Origin: Oceanospirillaceae bacterium
GTDB taxonomy: Bacteria; Pseudomonadota; Gammaproteobacteria; Pseudomonadales; Oceanobacteraceae
DNA length: 64,000 nt
Assembly: GCA_002724925.1 (NCBI GenBank)
Contig: PBQA01000003.1
Coordinates: forward strand, 14,487 to 78,486
Reading direction: 5' to 3'
Shown here piece after piece: positions 58,609-64,000 of the stretch (its first letter is position 1; each line of letters starts with the position of its first letter). The notes beneath the pieces were generated by a model. The model did not search any database. It was not told the origin of the DNA and was given only the letters and a program-made list of their open reading frames with translations. The position numbers were made by a program, and so were the translations under genes.

Positions 58609-59106
58609 CTATCGAAAAACAACACGTTGGGTGCGTGTCACGCATTGGTTTTGAACTCTGTGGCAGACCTCAGCAATGATGTAGCCGCTGAATGGGAGAG
58701 CGAAGATGGTATCTGAGAGATTGAACCGATTGCTTCCGCATTGGCCTGTCATGTCCGGCAGGTAATAACAACTGAGTGCGAAGTAGTCGCCGTCATAGCA
58801 GTACCGGTCGTCGTCATCGCAGTCCAGGTGATAAATGGGTGTGGCGTCCTGGGTAGACTGTTTATTTCCAAGGTAGTAGGTGAGCTCGTACCCTAGATCC
58901 GGCTTACCAAGTCGGATGAATAGAAGAAATTCACCATCATTGAAATACGGGTCAATTTCTGGGATTTCGTCGAGCGCATTGTCATTGCTACCGATAATGT
59001 AGAAGTCTTCTATGGACAGCACGCCAGTGTCCTGGAAATCTTCGGGCTTGCAGCCAGTCAATGCTGTGATGACGGCTAATAAAGAAAATATAAATAGGCT
59101 TTTCAT
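58609..59106 (-). CDS. Cys-rich hypothetical lipoprotein
   Basis: MKSLFIF...ALTGC lipobox from ATG 59106. Confidence 0.7.
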   Translation of the reverse strand: MKSLFIFSLLAVITALTGCKPEDFQDTGVLSIEDFYIIGSNDNALDEIPEIDPYFNDGEFLLFIRLGKPDLGYELTYYLGNKQSTQDATPIYHLDCDDDDRYCYDGDYFALSCYYLPDMTGQCGSNRFNLSDTIFALPFSGYIIAEVCHRVQNQCVTRTQRVVFR

Positions 59107-59116
59107 GTTGGATTCC

Positions 59117-59362
59117 TTACGCATAAAGTGCGGTGTGAAAAATATGTTCAACCGTGAAACCACGGAAAGGCTCGGTGGTATCAACAATCTCCTGCAATTG
59201 CTCAATGCTGAACTTCGCAAGAACGTCCTCTTTGTAGTGTTCATATAACCCAGCTACGCCACACATCGTGGCCACGCGCAAAAGGTTCCTGCGATCGTCA
59301 TCTGAAGCTTTTGCTTGTCCAGCAAGTACCGCTAATAGACGGTCCAATATGTCTTTATCCAT
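59117..59362 (-). CDS. Small hypothetical protein
   Basis: 81 aa; fits between neighbours; AAGG RBS. Confidence 0.55.
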   Translation of the reverse strand: MDKDILDRLLAVLAGQAKASDDDRRNLLRVATMCGVAGLYEHYKEDVLAKFSIEQLQEIVDTTEPFRGFTVEHIFHTALYA

Positions 59363-59396
59363 TTGTCTACCTTTGCTTTGAATGAAGAAAATATGT

Positions 59397-59660
59397 TCAG
59401 TTGAACTGCAATTTCAGCGTCCGCTTTACTCGGACTACTTTCACCTCACCCAAGTAGCTATATCTGCGCTGGAAGTGATAGTCGTCCCAATGCTCAAAGT
59501 CTGGCGCATCTTGTTCTCCGATCCGCTTCACTTTGTTCTCTGTCTTCTTGCCGTAAAGCTTGTAGACATTTCCCGATTCAAAGACGACGGTATCTGGATT
59601 TCTGGCGTTAACAATCGCGGCATTACCTCTTTCCACGATGGACATTGACTCTTGGTGCAT
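59397..59660 (-). CDS. Small hypothetical protein
   Basis: GGGAG RBS; downstream of motif copy B. Confidence 0.6.
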   Translation of the reverse strand: MHQESMSIVERGNAAIVNARNPDTVVFESGNVYKLYGKKTENKVKRIGEQDAPDFEHWDDYHFQRRYSYLGEVKVVRVKRTLKLQFN

Positions 59661-59771
59661 GACGGCATCTCCCTATTGATGATTCCAACGTACCCCAGAA
59701 ACCTGAACTAGCAACTCAGGTCAAAAGTCAGTATTTTTGGGCAATCAACCAAGGATTAGGGAGGGCATATA

Positions 59772-60170
59772 GTGAAGGTCTGCTGGCGACAGCTTGTTTT
59801 GATGGTGCTTGTCAGTGGCGCATGTTTAGGTGCGCGAGCGTCAGAACAAGAACAGGTATCTTTCTCCTTGGTCCGCCTGGTTCAAGATCGCTCCTTCTAT
59901 GCGGGACGCTATCAACCGATCATCGATGGCCGATTCAACATACAAGTAACATTCAATGGCCAGACCATCAGCCAATATCAATTCAGTCCTGGCGCTGCTC
60001 TGGGAATCACTTCATCAGTGGCGTTTGTAGCTGACCAGAGAGGGCAAGCATTTACCTTAGAAGGCGACACAGATTCACTTAAAAATGGTCAGTGCATCAT
60101 GTATCTAAGATCTGGTGGGAGTGTTGTACGTCATTGGGCTTTAATGGCTTTGCACAACTGTCTTGAATGA
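59772..60170 (+). CDS. Hypothetical secreted protein
   Basis: GGGAGGG RBS; signal-peptide-like N-terminus. Confidence 0.55.
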   Translation: MKVCWRQLVLMVLVSGACLGARASEQEQVSFSLVRLVQDRSFYAGRYQPIIDGRFNIQVTFNGQTISQYQFSPGAALGITSSVAFVADQRGQAFTLEGDTDSLKNGQCIMYLRSGGSVVRHWALMALHNCLE

Positions 60171-60202
60171 GTTGCTGGATCAGAATCGCGTGAGATATTC
60201 GA
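60170..60202 (+). promoter_or_regulatory. Repeated upstream motif (copy C)
   Basis: AGTTGCTGGATC-N7-CGTGAGATATTCGA. Confidence 0.65.
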
Positions 60203-60240
60203 GTAACAACTAACAAATCGAGTATCGGCGAGGTTTCGAT

Positions 60241-60510
60241 ATGGCAATGGCAGAGTACATTGCTCAGCCGCCAGGTGTAGGCAGTCGAAGGCGGCTTAGC
60301 GATATTGAAAAAGACCACATCGTCTGTTTACTAAGGGCAGTTGAGCGTTTACCCATACTAAGCCAGCACGCAGTAGACGGTGTTGAGACAAAGGTGTCCT
60401 ATGAGGTGCTGTGCAGGTGTCTGGAGGGTATCCACAAGAACCATCTTGAACTTTCTAAATATGCAACTGCCGTACTGAGTGAGGAGGGGACGGATGAAAA
60501 ATCAATTTAA
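60241..60510 (+). CDS. Small hypothetical protein
   Basis: GAGG RBS; overlaps the next gene. Confidence 0.6.
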   Translation: MAMAEYIAQPPGVGSRRRLSDIEKDHIVCLLRAVERLPILSQHAVDGVETKVSYEVLCRCLEGIHKNHLELSKYATAVLSEEGTDEKSI

Positions 60511-60874
60511 GTTGACCAAACCTTGCGCCAATTGCCCTTTCCGTAATGATGAGAGTGCTATTCACCTGGAGCCAGGTAGAAGGGAAGAAATCATCGAAGG
60601 TCTACTGTCCGGCCAAGACATGACGTTCCATTGCCATAAGACGGTTTACAGGGAAGACGGGCGAAACTTTGATGAGGAAGGAAACTATCATCCTAAAGAT
60701 ATTTGCCAGTGCCCCGGTGCCGCAGCCGTCGCCAGAAAATATGGACGCGACACTGTTATGGTTCAAGTTGCTATGCGAATGGGGGTAATACCTGAAAACC
60801 ACTACGACTCAGCCTTAGATCTGACCATTGACAAAGACCAACTAAACGTCGATCCGAAAAAAGCGAAAATATAG
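60494..60874 (+). CDS. Cys-motif hypothetical protein
   Basis: KPCANCPFR...FHCHK...CPGA; GAGGAGG RBS. Confidence 0.75.
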   Translation: MKNQFKLTKPCANCPFRNDESAIHLEPGRREEIIEGLLSGQDMTFHCHKTVYREDGRNFDEEGNYHPKDICQCPGAAAVARKYGRDTVMVQVAMRMGVIPENHYDSALDLTIDKDQLNVDPKKAKI

Positions 60875-60894
60875 AAACCGCACGAATCCGCGAT

Positions 60895-60927
60895 AGTTGC
60901 TAGTTCGGAAACCCGTGAGATATTCGA
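60895..60927 (+). promoter_or_regulatory. Repeated upstream motif (copy D)
   Basis: AGTTGCTAGTTC-N7-CGTGAGATATTCGA. Confidence 0.65.
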
Positions 60928-60960
60928 TGAAAAGCGAATACATTTCACGAGGCGAAGACT

Positions 60961-61167
60961 ATGGATCTCTTTCCTGATTTTGAAACCACAATCCCAAGAA
61001 CGCTATCGGAGCTTATTGAAGCCAAGGATAAGAAGGGGATTGTTGACCTGCTGCGAACTCTCCGAAGCGACCAATTTGACGAGACTGTCTGGGAGGCTGG
61101 CCTATCAACAATAGGCCATCACCACGGTAAGCCAGCCATGATAGATCACGTTATGCGGCAGCTTTAA
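60961..61167 (+). CDS. Small hypothetical protein
   Basis: GAGG RBS; first gene after copy D. Confidence 0.6.
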   Translation: MDLFPDFETTIPRTLSELIEAKDKKGIVDLLRTLRSDQFDETVWEAGLSTIGHHHGKPAMIDHVMRQL

Positions 61168-61178
61168 GGGGGGTGAGC

Positions 61179-62879
61179 ATGGACAATCAGTTTTATCCCA
61201 CACCCGTATCCCTTGGTGTTAAGGCCTTCAATAAGTTCAAAAACCGGAAAATAACGCGACTACTGGAACCGCAGGCCGGACGTGGAGATCTTGTGGACGT
61301 GGTGCATGAGCTCGCATCGGGACGCTACAGCAAGGTTGAGGTGGATTGCTGTGAGATTGATTTTAATAATCAAGCAATTCTTCGGGAGAAGAAGTACCGA
61401 ATCGTTGGCCATGATTTTTTGTCATACCGGGGAGCCTGTCTTTACAGCCATATTTTGATGAATCCTCCCTTTGCTTCCGGTGTTCAGCATGTCCTTCATG
61501 CATGGAATCTTCTGTTCCACGGTGAGTTAGTGGCCATTCTGAATGCGGAGACGATACGCAATCCGTATACAAAAGAGCGTCGTTTCCTGGTAGACATCAT
61601 CGAGCAGCACGGATCTGTTGAATTCGTCTCTGAAGCATTCTTGTCACCGGATACACAACGAAAGACAGCGGTAGAAGTAGCCATTATCCATCTTGAGAAG
61701 GAATCCAATTTCAAAGCGGAGTTCATAGACAACCTCAAGAAGGAAAAGGTTGAGGAGGGAATGAGAGCCGACGACATCGAGGTACCTAAAGATTTGGTCG
61801 TGCCCAAGTCAAAAATACAGAACTTGGTCATTGCGTTTGAATGTGCTGTTGAGGCTGCCAGAAGCGCGGCTAAAGCGAACGCACGAGCCAATTATTACGC
61901 CAATATGTTAGGACGCTCGATTACTGATGAAACGACCAACTGTCATGATTCTGAAAGTTGCGTAAAAAGCGTAACTAGCGAACTGAATGAAGCCTATCTA
62001 AAGCTGAAGGAGCGGGCGTGGTCATCCGTACTCCGCTCAACGGAAGTCCTGGATAGACTTTCAAGTCAGGCACAGAAACGCTTGGAAAGTGAGTTTGCGT
62101 CCATCTGTGACCTTGAATTCACGGTCGAGAATATCTACGGCTTCCTGCAAGGGTTGGTGGAACAACAAGGAACCATTCAGATAGAAATGATCTGCGACGT
62201 TTTCGACATGATCAGCAAGTATCATCCGGAAAACCGAGCCTACTATCAGGGTTGGAAGTCAAACCAGAAACATAGGGTCAACGCCTACCGCGTTCTCATG
62301 ACGAGGTTCATTATCCCCGCCAATCGCAGAGACTACTACTCATGGTCAAACAGTTTGGCATGGGATGATCAACAGATGTTCACAGACTTCGATAAAGTGT
62401 TTGCCATGCTGGACGGGCAGCATCACTCAACGCCTTATGGTGTCGTGAACCTGTTTTGCGACAAGTACAAAGAGCTAAGCAGTGGTGAAAGGTGTTCAAG
62501 TGACTATTTCGACATTCGCTTTTATCCGAAAGCTGGGACATTTCATATCTTTCCGAGACGCAAGGATCTTATCGACAGATTAAACCGCATTGTCGGCAAA
62601 CATAGGGCGTGGTTGCCTCAGAGCGATCAGGATGGTTCAACAGGTTTCTGGGAGCAGTACGACAAGGCCGAGACGGTGACCCGTCGAATGGACCTAAGTA
62701 GACTGAATTCGTGGCGGCTGAATCACGGCAGCGATGGTGAAAAGGAAAGGGAAGCCAGCAAGCTGCTGGAGCAGCATGAGCTGGCTTTGGAGAGGCTGGG
62801 AATTGATTTTGACGGAAGCAATGCAATTACAGATCAACGCGATGATGAAAGGCAAATACCACTGCTGAAGGCCTCTTGA
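61179..62879 (+). CDS. DUF4942-associated amino-methyltransferase (probable N6-adenine DNA MTase)
   Basis: FYPTP, motif I LEPQAGRG, motif IV MNPPF; C-terminal YFDIRFYPKAGTFHI...LNRIVG. Confidence 0.85.
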   Translation: MDNQFYPTPVSLGVKAFNKFKNRKITRLLEPQAGRGDLVDVVHELASGRYSKVEVDCCEIDFNNQAILREKKYRIVGHDFLSYRGACLYSHILMNPPFASGVQHVLHAWNLLFHGELVAILNAETIRNPYTKERRFLVDIIEQHGSVEFVSEAFLSPDTQRKTAVEVAIIHLEKESNFKAEFIDNLKKEKVEEGMRADDIEVPKDLVVPKSKIQNLVIAFECAVEAARSAAKANARANYYANMLGRSITDETTNCHDSESCVKSVTSELNEAYLKLKERAWSSVLRSTEVLDRLSSQAQKRLESEFASICDLEFTVENIYGFLQGLVEQQGTIQIEMICDVFDMISKYHPENRAYYQGWKSNQKHRVNAYRVLMTRFIIPANRRDYYSWSNSLAWDDQQMFTDFDKVFAMLDGQHHSTPYGVVNLFCDKYKELSSGERCSSDYFDIRFYPKAGTFHIFPRRKDLIDRLNRIVGKHRAWLPQSDQDGSTGFWEQYDKAETVTRRMDLSRLNSWRLNHGSDGEKEREASKLLEQHELALERLGIDFDGSNAITDQRDDERQIPLLKAS

Positions 62880-62989
62880 TCGAATAAATGCAAAAAAGTG
62901 GATTTAAGGGGTTGCTGGTTCAGAAAGACATGAGAGATTGAAAGTAACAAAGATGTTGAGTGCTCCTTGTGAGTGTGTTGAGTGAGGTA

Positions 62990-63011
62990 GGCCCCTTCGG
63001 GGGCCATTTTT
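62990..63011 (+). terminator. Intrinsic terminator with TTCG loop
   Basis: GGCCCC-TTCG-GGGGCC followed by ATTTTT. Confidence 0.7.
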
Positions 63012-63031
63012 CTTTCTGACAGGTAATCGAT

Positions 63032-63217
63032 ATGACCGAACAAATGTGGAAGCGACAAGAAATCAATCTCAAAGGCAAGATAACCCGTCTGGCCAATAAG
63101 ATGAAAAAAGCGGATATGTTATCGGAAAAACTGGAGATTAATCGTCAGGTCAAGGAGGCAAGGGAAGCGCTTAAACAGCACCGGCTTAATTTCTTTGAGA
63201 TGACTTCTTCAAACTAA
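63032..63217 (+). CDS. Small coiled-coil hypothetical protein
   Basis: 61-aa ORF. Confidence 0.55.
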   Translation: MTEQMWKRQEINLKGKITRLANKMKKADMLSEKLEINRQVKEAREALKQHRLNFFEMTSSN

Positions 63218-63220
63218 ACG

Positions 63221-63472
63221 GTGGCTTTCATGGATATTGTAATTAAGAACATAAACCTTCTCACGGTCGAGCGGGGAAGGCTTATGCTTTGCATACCGAC
63301 CGAAGATGGGGCTCATACTTACCAGCAAATTGATAACCCCTATCTTATTGCTCGCCTTAAAAGCGCTGCCACGAAGGATTCGAACGGTAAAGCCAGTATC
63401 AGAATCACTATATCCGGTTCTGATGGCAGCGGTGCTGTTTCAAGCAGTGGTCAGGAGGATAATCAGGAATGA
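63221..63472 (+). CDS. Small hypothetical protein
   Basis: Coupled to the next gene (ATGA overlap). Confidence 0.5.
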   Translation: MAFMDIVIKNINLLTVERGRLMLCIPTEDGAHTYQQIDNPYLIARLKSAATKDSNGKASIRITISGSDGSGAVSSSGQEDNQE

Positions 63473-63855
63473 ATACCCAAACAGCCTTCTCTTCGGTAGA
63501 GGAAGAAACGGCGCTTACAGCAATGTGTATCTGGGAAGCTCTACTGGAGCGTATGTCCGGCAAAGACTGCGATGACGTGTATTCGCAGAAGCGGGAAGAA
63601 GTCGGCGCGTGTGAGATGCGGTCTATCGTACTCCATATATTGGCTCCAGCGGTCGAGGCTGCATACAATGTCGTCAAAGACGAATACCAAGATCCGTTTG
63701 ATTGGGAGTTTGTACCGGCGTTTCTTGATCTGGCAGAACCCGTCCTGTCCCGTGGACTGTGGGCAATTAAGTCGATTGAAGCAGAGCAGATAGGTAAAGA
63801 GATTCTTCTTCAGTATCAGCAAGTAAATGTGAATGGCGGAGGTGCAGATGAATAA
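63469..63855 (+). CDS. Hypothetical protein
   Basis: 128 aa; GGAGG/CAGGA upstream; overlaps the next start. Confidence 0.7.
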   Translation: MNTQTAFSSVEEETALTAMCIWEALLERMSGKDCDDVYSQKREEVGACEMRSIVLHILAPAVEAAYNVVKDEYQDPFDWEFVPAFLDLAEPVLSRGLWAIKSIEAEQIGKEILLQYQQVNVNGGGADE

Positions 63856-64000
63856 GGCGGAATACGAGCATCTTCAGACGATGGTGCTTTTGATTGCCAA
63901 GCGCCATTTGCGGGAGTTTACCTCTGACTACATGAGAATCCTCTGCATCAAAAATGGTCTGATAAAGGAGGACGTAACTGAGGACGACTTCGGTGGAAAG
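63848..64000 (+). CDS. Hypothetical protein, partial
   Basis: GGAGG RBS; MNKAEYEHLQ... open to the window end. Confidence 0.55.
   Translation, partial: MNKAEYEHLQTMVLLIAKRHLREFTSDYMRILCIKNGLIKEDVTEDDFGGK

Noticed and set aside
59107-59244. Longer start for the lipoprotein
   Set aside because: It overlaps ORF 59117-59362, and the signal peptide begins at 59106.

Overview
This window looks like part of a large conjugative plasmid from a gammaproteobacterium (host not identifiable here). Family names come from motif recognition and gene order, not from database searches. Layout: (1) 1-4.1 kb, a Cre-like tyrosine recombinase and a divergent KfrA/TnpT-like gene, with four uncharacterised genes (two apparently paralogous) between them. 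(2) 4.2-8.4 kb, a tight four-gene operon: HTH protein, periplasmic binding protein, hybrid histidine kinase, SEC-C/ADP-ribosyltransferase-like protein. (3) 8.6-16.5 kb, MOBH relaxase, iteron origin, Rep, type Ia ParAB and a CTPase-less ParB-like gene. (4) 16.7-40 kb, a PFGI-1/ICEclc-type (MPF-G) regulatory and conjugation region; its VirB4-like ATPase has a +1 frameshift in a G-run. (5) 40-42.4 kb, cargo downstream of traG. (6) 42.5-56.6 kb, a probable decayed gamma-mobile-trio (GmtY) element with 19-bp inverted ends. It holds an IS91-family element, a decapitated TetR, an amidohydrolase-amidase pair, an nrdB fragment, SRAP, a PepSY/DUF2271 redox cluster and an IS3. (7) 56.7-64 kb, small backbone genes under a repeated upstream motif, plus a DUF4942-type methyltransferase. 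The best leads are three sets of non-coding motifs (transfer-locus operator, repeated small-gene promoter, palindromes beside the truncated ParB), the sensor-ART operon, the paralog cassette in the TnpS/TnpT locus and the GmtY element ends.
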